Part shown: positions 54,705 through 64,000 of the stretch, in pieces
Numbering within the stretch: the first letter of the stretch is position 1
How the letters are laid out: each line of letters begins with the position of its first letter
DNA from: Myxococcota bacterium
GTDB lineage: Bacteria > Myxococcota_A > UBA796 > CAJQPC01
Length of the DNA: 64,000 nt
Assembly (NCBI GenBank): GCA_036012755.1
Contig: DASCPX010000027.1
Coordinates: forward strand, 1-64,000
Direction: 5' to 3'
Notes under the pieces: model-generated
The model's input: only the letters and a program-made list of their open reading frames with translations
Told to the model about the DNA's origin: nothing
Databases searched by the model: none
Made by a program: the position numbers and the translations under genes

Positions 54705-55363
54705 TGGCCTCCGGCGGCGCCGACCTCGCCCAGCTGGATGTCCACCCTGACCTGGACCGCATCGGAGATCGACTCGTGCTGGCACTCGGCGACCAGGGCC
54801 GCGAGCTGCTCGCCGAGCCCGAAGGCCTCGATGGAGAGCTCCGCGCTCTCAGAGCTGACGAAGTGCCAGCCGCTGTCGTGACGGGTGGTGCGCACCGGGA
54901 ACCGGGCCTCGACGGTGGCTCCGGACAGCAACATCTCGCCCACGAAGACCGTGGAGTCGGATGAGGCTCCGACCTCGAGGCCATCCTCCGGCCAACCCTC
55001 GAGGTCGGTGATCACGAAGCTCGACGTCCTGTTGTCGGCCACCTCGAAGAAGATCCGCTCGATGCGCTCGTCGCGCTCGGGGTCCTCGCTGTCCCAGCTC
55101 TCCATGTCCACGTCGACTCGTCCCCTGAGCCCGGTGAGCGTGCCGTCCACCGGGACGTCCCACTTGCCGGCGAGGGCCGAGAAGCTGCCCGGCACCGCGA
55201 CGCTCCCGTTCTTCATCGTGACCACGTCGACCCTGCCGCGGATTCGCATTCCCCCGGCCTCCGTCGACGGTTCGGGCAGGGGCTCGACCGTTGGCTGGAG
55301 ATCTGGCTCGGGGACGGTCTCGTCGCCCGCGCAGGCGAGGAGGGCGAGCAGTGGGGACATCAT
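54701..55363 (-). CDS. YceI-like lipoprotein
   Basis: MMSPLLALLAC lipobox, VDVDMESWDSEDPERDERI...FF, GEMLLSG...FGL. Confidence 0.75.
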   Translation of the reverse strand: MMSPLLALLACAGDETVPEPDLQPTVEPLPEPSTEAGGMRIRGRVDVVTMKNGSVAVPGSFSALAGKWDVPVDGTLTGLRGRVDVDMESWDSEDPERDERIERIFFEVADNRTSSFVITDLEGWPEDGLEVGASSDSTVFVGEMLLSGATVEARFPVRTTRHDSGWHFVSSESAELSIEAFGLGEQLAALVAECQHESISDAVQVRVDIQLGEVGAAGGQ

Positions 55364-57840
55364 CACCTCGTCAGCCGGCGGTAGATCGTAGGGAGGCGCC
55401 TCGGCAGGGACTCGACCTCGTCGATGACGATGTAACCGACCTCTCCGTAGAGCTCTTCGAGGTACTTCCGCGCCCGCGGGTCCACTGTGATGCAGAAGGG
55501 GTGGATGCCCCCCTTTCGGGCCTCGCGCAGCGCGACGCGCGTGTCCTCGTTGGCGTAGCGGTCGTAGTAGTGGTCGCAGCCGCAGTCGAGCGGGCGTCCG
55601 TCGGAGAGCAGGATCAGGAGCTTCGTCCTCGCGGGGTGCTCCCTGAGGCGGGCGGTGGCGTGGCGGATCGCGGCCCCGTCGCGGTTCTCCATCTTCCACG
55701 TGATGCGCCCGATGCGCTCGCGCACCCGGTCGTCGTAGGAGTCGTCGAAGTCCTTGGCCACGTAGAAGGCGACGTGCTCGCGGCCGTAGCCGGAGAAGCC
55801 CCAGATCGCGCAGGCGTCCCCGATGGCGTCGACGGCCTCTGCGATCATCACGAGGGCCTCCTTCTCCACCTGGATGATGCGCTTGCCCCCCATGCCAGCG
55901 TGGGACTCGTTCGTCGAGCTGCTCATGTCCAGCAGGAAGGCGACGGCGACGTCGCGCCGGTTGCGCAGGTGACGCTCGTAGATGCGCTCCGGAGGAGTGA
56001 CACCGGCCCGGCGCGCCACCCGCGCCTCGACGACCCGCTCGATGTCGAGCTCGTCGCCGTGCAGCTGCCGTCGCATGCGCCTGAGCTCCTCTGGTCTGAG
56101 GGCCTGGAAGCGGCGCCGTAGCCAGCGGATCTCGGCGCCGTACTCGTCGAGCACGTCGTTGACGAAGCCGCGCTCCCCTGGGGCCAGGGTGTGCTCCTTG
56201 ACGCGGACCCAGGCGGGCTTGTGGTCCTCGATTCCGACGTCCCACTCCGGGTAGTGGAAGACGAGGGCGTCCGGGTCCTCCTCGAGCTCCAGCGGGCCTG
56301 AGAACTGGGCGCGCAGTGGCACGTGCTCGGTCTGTTCCTCCTCCTCGTCGACGATGGCTCCCTCCGGCGCCGGCATGCGCTCCAAGAAAGCGATCATGTC
56401 GTCGTAGGACCGGTCCTCGGTCCGTCCCTGCTGGTGCTGGCGAAGGGCCTTGCGGATCTCGGAGATGCTGGCCTCCAACCCCTCCTCTTCCATCGCCTCC
56501 CGCAGCTCGCGGGCCCTGTCGTCCTCCTCCCGCTCGCCCGCGCCGCGCGCCTCTGGACGGATGCTGGCTCCCATCGACGACTCCTCGAGGGTCCGGTAGT
56601 CGTCCTGCGAGGCCCAGTCGGGGCCCTCGCCGAGCTGGGGCATCGCGTCGCGACCCTGGCGCTCGCCGGGCTTGCCGAGGTCCTCTGATCCCACCTTCCT
56701 CAACAGCGCATCGGCCACCGGGTAGACCCGGGGGAGCATCGCGGCCACGTCCTCGACCTCAGCGTCGAGGACCTCGCTCATCAGCTTCCAGACCCTGTCG
56801 TGGGGGTCGACGAGCTCGGGTGGGAGCTGTGGCCTGTGGCCCCAGCTGGTCTGTAGCAGGGCCTCTACCAGGGCCTCTACCGGGGCGAGTTCCTCGATGG
56901 CGGGCCGCTCCAGGAGCTCGTCGGGGCGCAGGGTCGCGACGTCCCGAGCGAGGCCTGGGTAGGTCGCGACCATCCTCCGCTCGACACGAGCAGCCTCGGC
57001 GACGTGGAAGAGATCTCGGGCGAGGGAACGGTTCTGGAAGGCACGCAACAGGCGCTCGATGTCGGACTCGCCGTCGCGGTGCTCGGGCCAGGACCCTCCT
57101 ACCTTGCGGAGGTCGAGGTCGAAGGTGCCGAACTCCAGGGTGGCGGCCGTCCGCGCGGTGAGGACCCTGTAGACGACGAAGTCACGCTCGTCTCCGTAGC
57201 GATCGACGCGCTCCGGCAGGTGCAGGTGACGCCCCTCCGAGAACGCGCTCACCTTCTGGCCGGCGGGGATGGAGCGAACCTGGACATCCTCGCCGCAGTG
57301 GGCCCGTGCATAGAGCGACAGGGTGCGGGCGATGTCCTTCAGCGGCAAGCCGAGCACGAGACGGGAGAGCTCCGCCTGGCCCTGTCGCGACTCCCGGCGA
57401 AGGAAGGACTCCGCCGTGGCTTCGCTGTCCCCATGCAGATCGAGGCCGCTGCCCAGGAAACGCGCCAGCGCCGGACCGCTGAGGTTCTCCATCAGCTCGG
57501 GCAGGGTTCGGGCGACCATGGTCGCGGCCTGCGGGCGCTGCCTCACGACGATGCCCAGCAGTCGCAGGTACTCGGCCCGATGCTCCTCTGGCACCCGCGC
57601 CAGGTCGTCGGGCATGTTCCCGGCGAGGACCCGGCCAAGGCGCCCCTCCGCCCGCGCCGCCGCCAGGACGAGCTCGGTGTACAGCGTGCTGATCTCCGGC
57701 CCCAGGGCGAGCTCGACCGGACCGACGTGCCGCATCCAGGAGCGCAGCGTCGACCGGTCGGCCGCGCCGATCTCGGCGGCGCCTCGAGCGCGAGCGCCCA
57801 GGACTCCCACCCGCGCCATCAGCCGGCGACGCCAGCTCAC
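55363..57840 (-). CDS. NorD/CbbO-like VWA-domain protein (copy 2, long N-terminus)
   Basis: HLPERVD, YPEWD, HGDELDIE, MIDAS DMSSS, ENRDGAAIRHA, LSDGRPLD. Start GTG 57840 (TAGTG overlap) or ATG 57819. Confidence 0.88.
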   Translation of the reverse strand: MSWRRRLMARVGVLGARARGAAEIGAADRSTLRSWMRHVGPVELALGPEISTLYTELVLAAARAEGRLGRVLAGNMPDDLARVPEEHRAEYLRLLGIVVRQRPQAATMVARTLPELMENLSGPALARFLGSGLDLHGDSEATAESFLRRESRQGQAELSRLVLGLPLKDIARTLSLYARAHCGEDVQVRSIPAGQKVSAFSEGRHLHLPERVDRYGDERDFVVYRVLTARTAATLEFGTFDLDLRKVGGSWPEHRDGESDIERLLRAFQNRSLARDLFHVAEAARVERRMVATYPGLARDVATLRPDELLERPAIEELAPVEALVEALLQTSWGHRPQLPPELVDPHDRVWKLMSEVLDAEVEDVAAMLPRVYPVADALLRKVGSEDLGKPGERQGRDAMPQLGEGPDWASQDDYRTLEESSMGASIRPEARGAGEREEDDRARELREAMEEEGLEASISEIRKALRQHQQGRTEDRSYDDMIAFLERMPAPEGAIVDEEEEQTEHVPLRAQFSGPLELEEDPDALVFHYPEWDVGIEDHKPAWVRVKEHTLAPGERGFVNDVLDEYGAEIRWLRRRFQALRPEELRRMRRQLHGDELDIERVVEARVARRAGVTPPERIYERHLRNRRDVAVAFLLDMSSSTNESHAGMGGKRIIQVEKEALVMIAEAVDAIGDACAIWGFSGYGREHVAFYVAKDFDDSYDDRVRERIGRITWKMENRDGAAIRHATARLREHPARTKLLILLSDGRPLDCGCDHYYDRYANEDTRVALREARKGGIHPFCITVDPRARKYLEELYGEVGYIVIDEVESLPRRLPTIYRRLTR

Positions 57841-58652
57841 TAGAAGAAGTCCTTCACGACCTCGAAGACCGAGCGCTGGAGGTCGGGATCGTCGGTCAGG
57901 GTGCGAGCGAAGGCGACCTCGCATGCGCGGCGGGACTCGACGCCCCGCTTCATGAGCTTGCCGGCGTGGATGAGGAGGCGGGTGCTCACGCCCTCTTCCA
58001 ACCCGCGATCGGTGAGGTTGCGCACCTTGGCGGCGACCGCGACGAGGCTCCTCGCGTTGTCCTGGTCGATGCCGGACTCGCGGCGGACGACCTCGAGCTC
58101 GACCTCTGAAGCCGGGTAGCTGAAGTCCAGGCTGATGAAGCGCTGGCGGGTCGACTGCTTGAGCTCCTTGAGCACCGACTGGTAGCCGGGGTTGTAGCTG
58201 ACCACGAGCATGAAGCCGGGAGGTGCCGAGAGCATCGCGCCGAGCTTGTCGATGGGCAGAAGCCGCCTGTCGTCCGTGAGGGGATGGATGACGACCAGGG
58301 TGTCGTTCCGCGCCTCGACGACCTCGTCGAGGTAGACGATGCCGCCGTGACGCACCGCTGTGGTGAGCGGGCCATCGCACCAGACGGTCTCGTCTCCGAG
58401 GATCAGGAAGCGGCCGACGAGGTCTGCAGCCGTGAGGTCCTCGTGGCAGGCGACCGTCACGAGCGGGCGGCCGAGCCTGTGTGCCATGTGCGCGACGAAG
58501 CGTGTCTTTCCGCATCCGGTCGGCCCCTTGAGGATGACGGGAAGCTGGGCGTCGTAGGCGGTCTCGAAGACCTGGACCTCGTCATCGACTGGGAGGTACC
58601 AGGGCGCCTCGTCCTGCTCGAAGTCGCTCGCCGGGGGCGTGATGATGCGCAT
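57840..58652 (-). CDS. CbbQ/NirQ/NorQ-family AAA+ ATPase (copy 2)
   Basis: [41 protein letters not shown]. Confidence 0.93.
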   Translation of the reverse strand: MRIITPPASDFEQDEAPWYLPVDDEVQVFETAYDAQLPVILKGPTGCGKTRFVAHMAHRLGRPLVTVACHEDLTAADLVGRFLILGDETVWCDGPLTTAVRHGGIVYLDEVVEARNDTLVVIHPLTDDRRLLPIDKLGAMLSAPPGFMLVVSYNPGYQSVLKELKQSTRQRFISLDFSYPASEVELEVVRRESGIDQDNARSLVAVAAKVRNLTDRGLEEGVSTRLLIHAGKLMKRGVESRRACEVAFARTLTDDPDLQRSVFEVVKDFF

Positions 58653-58692
58653 TGCAAAGTTCTACCCGGTTAGGCCCACCGCTGGAGGATGT

Positions 58693-59955
58693 GTGCCGGA
58701 AGCCGAGGAACTCAACGCCACGCTCGCTAGCGCACACGGCGCCGCGCACGCCTGCCTGTCCCCGCTCGGGCGGGCCGCACGCTTCCCGACCGGGATCCCG
58801 GCGCAGGCTGGAGAGGCACGCGGCGCGGAGCTCCAAGCCACCATCGGCCAGCTCACGGATGGCCGCGGTCGGGCCATCGTGCCCGACTCGCTGGAGAGCC
58901 TGGCCCGCGGCGACGGGAGCACGGCCTACCTCTACTCCCCCGTCGCCGGTCACCCGCGACTGCGCGAGCTCTGGCGGCGCCGCCTCGCCCGGGAAGGGGG
59001 CGCGACGGAGTGCTCCCTGCCGATGGTCACCCTGGGGCTCACCCATGGGTTGAGTCTCTGCGCCGACCTGTTCTCCGACCCTGGCACCGACGTCCTGTTT
59101 CCCAGGCCTTGTTGGGGGAACTACCGCCTGATCTTCGGCCTCCGGCGCCAGGCGCGGCTGAAGGGCTGGGACTTCTACTCGCCCTCCGGTGGCTTGAACA
59201 CCGGAGCCTTCCGCGCGGCCCTGCAGGGTGTCCGTGACAAGGGCGTCGTGCTCTTGAACTTCCCCGGCAACCCCACGGGCTACTCGCCGAGCCAGGCCGA
59301 GGCCGAGGAGATCCTCGACGCCCTCGCCTCGCATCGGGGCGCTCCGATCGTCGTGATCTTCGACGACGCGTACCACGGCTTCGTGTTCGAGGACGGCGTC
59401 GTCAGGCGCTCGCTGTTCTGGGAGGCCGCCCAGCGCTGCTCCTCGGACCACGTGCTGCCCGTGAAGGTCGACGGTTGCACCAAGGAGCTGCTCTTCTTCG
59501 GTGGGCGCGTCGGGTTCTTGACCTTCGGGACCAGCGAGTTGGCGAGCGTCCCGCTGGTGGACAAGGCGATGACGCTGACCCGCGGCACGGTGAACTGCCC
59601 ACCGGGGCCCTCCCAGGTGATGGCGGCGGAGGCCCTGGCGAGCCCCTTCGTCGACGCGCAGCTCGCCGAGGTCTTCGAGCGGGTGCGGGGTCGCTACCAG
59701 GTCTTGAAGGAGTCCCTGGTGGGGCTGGAAGGCACCGGCCTGAGTCCCCTGCCCTTCAACTCCGGCTTCTTCGCGCTGCTGCAGGCGCCCGAGGGGGTGG
59801 ACGTACACGCCCTCCGTCGCAAGATCCTGTTCGAGCAGTCCGCCGGAGTCATCGCACTCCCAGAGGTCCGCGCCCTGCGCCTGGCCTTCTGCAGCATCTC
59901 CAAGAGTGACATTCCCGAGCTCATCGCTCGCATAAGGCGGGCAATGGAGGAGTGA
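58693..59955 (+). CDS. Aminotransferase class I/II (PLP-dependent)
   Basis: [36 protein letters not shown]. Confidence 0.88.
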   Translation: MPEAEELNATLASAHGAAHACLSPLGRAARFPTGIPAQAGEARGAELQATIGQLTDGRGRAIVPDSLESLARGDGSTAYLYSPVAGHPRLRELWRRRLAREGGATECSLPMVTLGLTHGLSLCADLFSDPGTDVLFPRPCWGNYRLIFGLRRQARLKGWDFYSPSGGLNTGAFRAALQGVRDKGVVLLNFPGNPTGYSPSQAEAEEILDALASHRGAPIVVIFDDAYHGFVFEDGVVRRSLFWEAAQRCSSDHVLPVKVDGCTKELLFFGGRVGFLTFGTSELASVPLVDKAMTLTRGTVNCPPGPSQVMAAEALASPFVDAQLAEVFERVRGRYQVLKESLVGLEGTGLSPLPFNSGFFALLQAPEGVDVHALRRKILFEQSAGVIALPEVRALRLAFCSISKSDIPELIARIRRAMEE

Positions 59956-60917
59956 TGGAAGCGTTGGACGCCAAGGTCGAAGCGATCGACCCCGAACTGG
60001 AGATGCTGGAGGAGATCGAGCGGCTCCGCCGTGAGCGGAACGCGGTGATCCTCGCCCACTACTACCAGGAGGGCGAGATCCAGGACCTCGCCGACTTCAT
60101 CGGTGATTCCTTGCAGCTGGCCCAGGCTGCGCGGGACACGGAGGCGGACGTCATCCTCTTCTGCGGTGTCCACTTCATGGCGGAGACAGCGAAGATCGTG
60201 AACCCGGACAAGGTCGTCGTGCTGCCGGATCTCAGGGCGGGATGCTCCCTGGCCGAGTCCTGCCCTGCCGACAAGCTCCGGGCCTGGAAGTCGCTGCACC
60301 CGGAGCACGTCGTCGTCTCGTACATCAACTGCACGGCGCAGACGAAGGCGGAGAGCGACTGGATCTGCACCTCCAGCAATGCCCGTCGGGTCATCGAGGC
60401 GATCCCCGCCGATCGCCCCATCCTGTTCGCCCCGGACAGGAACCTCGGCAGCTGGCTGGTGCGCGAGACCAACCGCGACATGAAGCTGTGGCAAGGGACC
60501 TGCATCGTGCACGAGACCTTCTCGGAGCGGAAGCTGGTCGAGCTGAAGAGCCAGCACCCAGAGGCCCAGGTGCTCGCCCATCCGGAGTGCGAGCCAGAGG
60601 TCCTCCAGCACGCCGACCACATCGGGTCGACCTCGAGCCTGCTGAAGTACACCCACGGCAAGCCGGGCCAGACCTTCATCGTCGCGACCGAGCCCGGGAT
60701 CCTCCACCAGATGGAGAAGGCCAACCCCGAAGGTGTCTACATCCCGCTCCCGCCGAAGGGCGAGACCTGCGCCTGCAACGAGTGCCCCTACATGCGCCTG
60801 AACACCCTCGAGAAGATCTACCTGGCGCTGCGAGATCTGGAGCCCCGGATCGAGATGTCGGAGGACCTCCGCCAGCGCGCCTTGAAGCCGCTGGAGATGA
60901 TGCTCTCGCTGGGCTGA
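59955..60917 (+). CDS. nadA: Quinolinate synthase A
   Basis: [48 protein letters not shown]. Confidence 0.96.
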   Translation: MEALDAKVEAIDPELEMLEEIERLRRERNAVILAHYYQEGEIQDLADFIGDSLQLAQAARDTEADVILFCGVHFMAETAKIVNPDKVVVLPDLRAGCSLAESCPADKLRAWKSLHPEHVVVSYINCTAQTKAESDWICTSSNARRVIEAIPADRPILFAPDRNLGSWLVRETNRDMKLWQGTCIVHETFSERKLVELKSQHPEAQVLAHPECEPEVLQHADHIGSTSSLLKYTHGKPGQTFIVATEPGILHQMEKANPEGVYIPLPPKGETCACNECPYMRLNTLEKIYLALRDLEPRIEMSEDLRQRALKPLEMMLSLG

Positions 60918-60918
60918 C

Positions 60919-61539
60919 TCAGAAGCCCAGCGTCAGGCCGAAGCCGTCGTTGGGACCGGTGGCCATGATCCGACGGGACCAGGACAGGCCGAAGTGGAAG
61001 CGGCCGGCCGTGACCATCATGCCGAGGCGGTACTCGAACTCGTGGCCGACGCCGAAGTACTGGTTGCGGTCCCAGTCCACACGACGAGCAGGGTTGGCCA
61101 GCCAGGTCGTCGTGATGCCGCCCAGCGCATAGATCTCCTGGGGGCCGACGGTCGCAACGATCGGGAAGTCGATGCCCGGCGAGGCGGGCAGGCCGACGAA
61201 CCGGTACTCGTTGTAGAAGACGTCGCCGCCGCCGAGCACCGACCAGTACTCGGTCACGGGGCCCACGAAGGTGCCGGCCCGCACGTCGTAGCCGCCGCCA
61301 AGGAGCAGCGTGCCCCGCGTCCGGCTCTTCCCGGCGAGGATGGTCTGCAGATCCGCGTAGGTCACGCCAGCCTCGAGGCCGATGTTGAAGCCGAGGACGG
61401 GAGTGCCGTTGACCCGGAAGACGCTGAGGTTCGCGACCGGGTCGATGTAGGGCTGGTACTGCACGCGCCCCGCGATGGGTTCACGCGGCTTGTCGAGGGG
61501 GCCAGCCAGGGCGATGCCCGAGAGCAGCAATACGGTCAC
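60919..61539 (-). CDS. Small outer-membrane beta-barrel-like protein
   Basis: GGAGGA SD, GTG start, TVLLLSGIALA signal, terminal GFGLTLGF. Confidence 0.65.
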   Translation of the reverse strand: MTVLLLSGIALAGPLDKPREPIAGRVQYQPYIDPVANLSVFRVNGTPVLGFNIGLEAGVTYADLQTILAGKSRTRGTLLLGGGYDVRAGTFVGPVTEYWSVLGGGDVFYNEYRFVGLPASPGIDFPIVATVGPQEIYALGGITTTWLANPARRVDWDRNQYFGVGHEFEYRLGMMVTAGRFHFGLSWSRRIMATGPNDGFGLTLGF

Positions 61540-61570
61540 GAGTCCTCCAGGTTGGAATAATGACCTCAAC

Positions 61571-63064
61571 ATGAGCGACCGGCCCGTCATCGGCCCCTAC
61601 AAAGGGCTGCGCTCCCTCGGTGGGGGCGCTGCAGGGCATGTGTGGCTGGCGATGAGCCCCGCCGGACCCGTGGCGCTGAAGACGGCGCGAACGGAGGAGG
61701 GACGCAGCTGGCTGCGGCGCGAGGCCGGCATCCTCTCGCGGCTCGATCACAAGTACGTCGTCCAGTTGGTGGACTCCGACCTCGACGGGCGTTGGCTCGC
61801 GCTGGAGTACATCGACGGACCCACCCTGGACGCCTGGGGTCGCGGGCAGCCGATCGCGACGATGGTGGAGCTCGGCGCGAGGCTCTGCGAGGCCGTCGCC
61901 CACCTCCACAACCGGGGCATCCTCCACGGTGATCTGAAGCCCTCGAACGTGATGGTCGACGAGTACGGATGCCCCCGGATCATCGACCTCGGAACGGCGC
62001 GGTTGCTCGCCGACGTGCGCGTCCCGCGGGGCTTTCACGGGACCCTCGGCTACGCGGCGCCAGAGCTGCTCAAGGCCGAGATCGCCGGGCCCGCCGCGGA
62101 CATCTACTCGCTGGGCGCCCTGCTCTACCGCCTGTTGACCGGGTCCGCGCCCTTCCGCAGCGCAGACCCGGCAGCGCTCGCCTACCTGCCCCTGTCATCG
62201 CTCCCCGAGCCCCCGAGCGCCGCCGTCCCCCGGATGCCCGCCGACCTCGACAACCTCATCCTCCAGATGATGGCGCGTCTGCCCGAGCGCCGTCCGATCC
62301 CCGCGGACGCACTCCCCGGACGCCTGCGCGCCGCCCTGCGAAGCGCCCCGGCTCCCCCGCTCGTCGGCATGACCCGGGAGCGCGAGGTGCTTCGCAAGAC
62401 GGTCGCCGCGGCTGTCGACGGCAAGCCCGGCCTCGTCGTCATTCACGGCCCCACGGGGAGCGGTCGTCACACCCTCATCCGAGAGGCCCTCTCCGCGGGA
62501 CGCCGCGAGGGGGCCGGAGTCATAGAGGGCATCCCCGACCCGCGTGGGCTGCTCGATCACCTCCGACACGCCAGCCGACCGACTCTCGTCGCGACCAGGT
62601 CAGAGGGACGCGCCACCACCGATGTCGCCGCGCGCATCCTCGGAGAGCGACTGCCCGCCCTGCTGCTCGTTCGGGCGGACCGGCCGCTGATGACCCTGAG
62701 CGCCCTGGGGGCGCGCCACCTGTCGCCCTCGACCCTCACCCCCGCGCAGGTCGCCTTGATCCTGGAGGCCTTCGGTCTCGACCCGGGTCGGGCTGTCGAG
62801 ATCCGCCGACGGACGCGTGGGCTGCCAGGTGCAGTGCTCGGCTACGCCCAGCCTCCCGCCGAGGGGATCAGCGGGCTGTCGGAAGAGCAGCGGGGGCTGC
62901 TGGAGGCCACGGCCAGCGGAAAGGTCGGCGTGGCCGAGCTGGCCAGGATGCTCGGCGTGAGCGAGCACACCATCATCGACTGGGCCGAGCCCCTGCTCGA
63001 TCTCGGCTTGCTCGAAGAGCTCGACGATGGCTCCGCGCTGCAGGCGGTCCGCGCGGGCTCGTGA
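61571..63064 (+). CDS. Cytoplasmic Ser/Thr kinase fused to a degenerate P-loop/AAA-like domain and a C-terminal winged helix
   Basis: GGGAAGHV, VALK, HGDLKPSN, DLG, GYAAPE. LVGMTRERE...IHGPTGSGRHTL. VGVAELARMLGVSEHTI. Confidence 0.82.
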   Translation: MSDRPVIGPYKGLRSLGGGAAGHVWLAMSPAGPVALKTARTEEGRSWLRREAGILSRLDHKYVVQLVDSDLDGRWLALEYIDGPTLDAWGRGQPIATMVELGARLCEAVAHLHNRGILHGDLKPSNVMVDEYGCPRIIDLGTARLLADVRVPRGFHGTLGYAAPELLKAEIAGPAADIYSLGALLYRLLTGSAPFRSADPAALAYLPLSSLPEPPSAAVPRMPADLDNLILQMMARLPERRPIPADALPGRLRAALRSAPAPPLVGMTREREVLRKTVAAAVDGKPGLVVIHGPTGSGRHTLIREALSAGRREGAGVIEGIPDPRGLLDHLRHASRPTLVATRSEGRATTDVAARILGERLPALLLVRADRPLMTLSALGARHLSPSTLTPAQVALILEAFGLDPGRAVEIRRRTRGLPGAVLGYAQPPAEGISGLSEEQRGLLEATASGKVGVAELARMLGVSEHTIIDWAEPLLDLGLLEELDDGSALQAVRAGS

Positions 63065-63091
63065 TAGCAGGCGGCCTTGCCAGAGGGCGCC

Positions 63092-63619
63092 ATGCGCATC
63101 CACAGCGAGTCGATAATCAACCACTCCCGCGATGCCGTCTTCGAGGCCTATCGAGACCGCTTGACAGAGATCGCTCCATACATCCCCGACATCGGGCAGA
63201 TCGTCGTCGAGAGCCGATCCGATCACCCGGACAAGGTCGAGCTCCACAACGTCTGGATCGCAGAGCGCGAGGTCCCGGCCTACGCGAGGGCGTTCATCCG
63301 ACCCGACATGCTGCGCTGGGACGACTTCGCCACCTGGCACGAGACCACGAAGAAGTGCAGCTGGCGGCTGAGGATCCGCGCCTTCCCGGACAGCGTCAGG
63401 TGCTCCGGCACCAACACCTTCTCGGAGCTGGGTCCCAACCGGACCAGGGTCCTGCTCGAGGGCGACCTCCAGATCGACGTGAAGAAGATCCCAGGCGTGC
63501 CGCGCCTCGTCGCCGGCCGCGTGGGGCCGAAGGTCGAGCAGTTCATCGTCAGCCTCATCACGCCCAACCTGGAGCGCGTGAACTCCAGCCTGGGGCGCTT
63601 CCTGGACGACCAGGGTTGA
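63092..63619 (+). CDS. START/SRPBCC-fold protein (DUF2505-like)
   Basis: IINHSRDAVFEAYRDRL...LRWDDFATW...TRVLLEGDLQID pattern. Confidence 0.65.
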   Translation: MRIHSESIINHSRDAVFEAYRDRLTEIAPYIPDIGQIVVESRSDHPDKVELHNVWIAEREVPAYARAFIRPDMLRWDDFATWHETTKKCSWRLRIRAFPDSVRCSGTNTFSELGPNRTRVLLEGDLQIDVKKIPGVPRLVAGRVGPKVEQFIVSLITPNLERVNSSLGRFLDDQG

Positions 63620-64000
63620 AGACCTCCGGCTGGCTGCCGGTCTCGGACATCGAGGTCCAGGGCGACCCGGCGCTCGCGGAGGCGCTCGCGGAGGCGCTGT
63701 CGCAAGCGGGCAGCTGGGACCGCCTCACTCATGGCTTCCACACCTACCCGGCCGGCATGCACCCCCAGTGCGCGCGGATCCTGGTGGAGCTCTCGCAGGG
63801 TCCGGTGCACGACCCCTTCTGCGGCGGAGGGACCACCCTGGTCGAGGCCCTGGCCGCCGGACGCAGGACCAGCGGTGCGGATCTGAGCCCCGTGGCGGTG
63901 ATGGTCGCGGCGGGCCGGACGGCCCTGTGCTCACCGGAGCGCATCCGTCGCTTTCGCGGAGCCGGCCGCCGCATCTGCGAGGACGCCAAGCGCTGGCAGA
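63616..64000 (+). CDS. SAM-dependent DNA methyltransferase-like protein (partial, runs off the window)
   Basis: Manual translation, absent from the ORF track: LTHGFHTYPAGMHP...VHDPFCGGGTTLVEALAAGRRTSGADLSPVAV. TTGA overlap. Confidence 0.8.
   Translation, partial: MKTSGWLPVSDIEVQGDPALAEALAEALSQAGSWDRLTHGFHTYPAGMHPQCARILVELSQGPVHDPFCGGGTTLVEALAAGRRTSGADLSPVAVMVAAGRTALCSPERIRRFRGAGRRICEDAKRWQ

Noticed and set aside
54705..58515. Long N-terminal extensions given by the ORF track for lysAC, the YceI-like gene and VWA copy 2
   Set aside because: They overlap upstream genes in other frames. Coupled starts at 54704, 55363 and 57840 fit better.
47910..58652. Naming the AAA+/VWA genes norQ/norD or cbbQ/cbbO and inferring denitrification or carbon fixation
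   Set aside because: No client genes are in the window, and family membership alone does not fix the pathway.

Overview
A 64 kb, very GC-rich, densely coding bacterial window. It is most consistent with Myxococcota: three MYXO-CTERM-like sorting tails, AgmX/PglI (TonB-C-like) domains, several Hanks-type kinases and a DT-repeat lipoprotein. About 50 CDS and one initiator-type tRNA-Met are supportable. Recognisable housekeeping genes are scpA/scpB, an RluB/RsuA pseudouridine synthase, nadA, a fused aspartokinase-DAP decarboxylase, an Slt lytic transglycosylase and an LMW phosphatase. I found no CRISPR array, integrase or transposase. The most unusual elements are: (1) a tightly coupled 10-gene operon led by a membrane pseudokinase and containing a peptide-type ABC importer, lipoproteins, a TPR/beta-barrel protein and a TolB-like propeller; (2) a four-helix-bundle (IVP/Avd-like) gene missed by the ORF track, with short direct repeats abutting a decapitated host gene at the left edge; (3) two orphan CbbQ/NorQ + VWA chaperone pairs with no nor or Rubisco genes in the window; (4) a split alpha-2-macroglobulin with no thioester motif; and (5) window-wide leaderless GTG starts, bidirectional -10 elements and ultra-short uncharged signal peptides. 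All family calls come from motif recognition by eye. No database searches were run, and start codons are best estimates.
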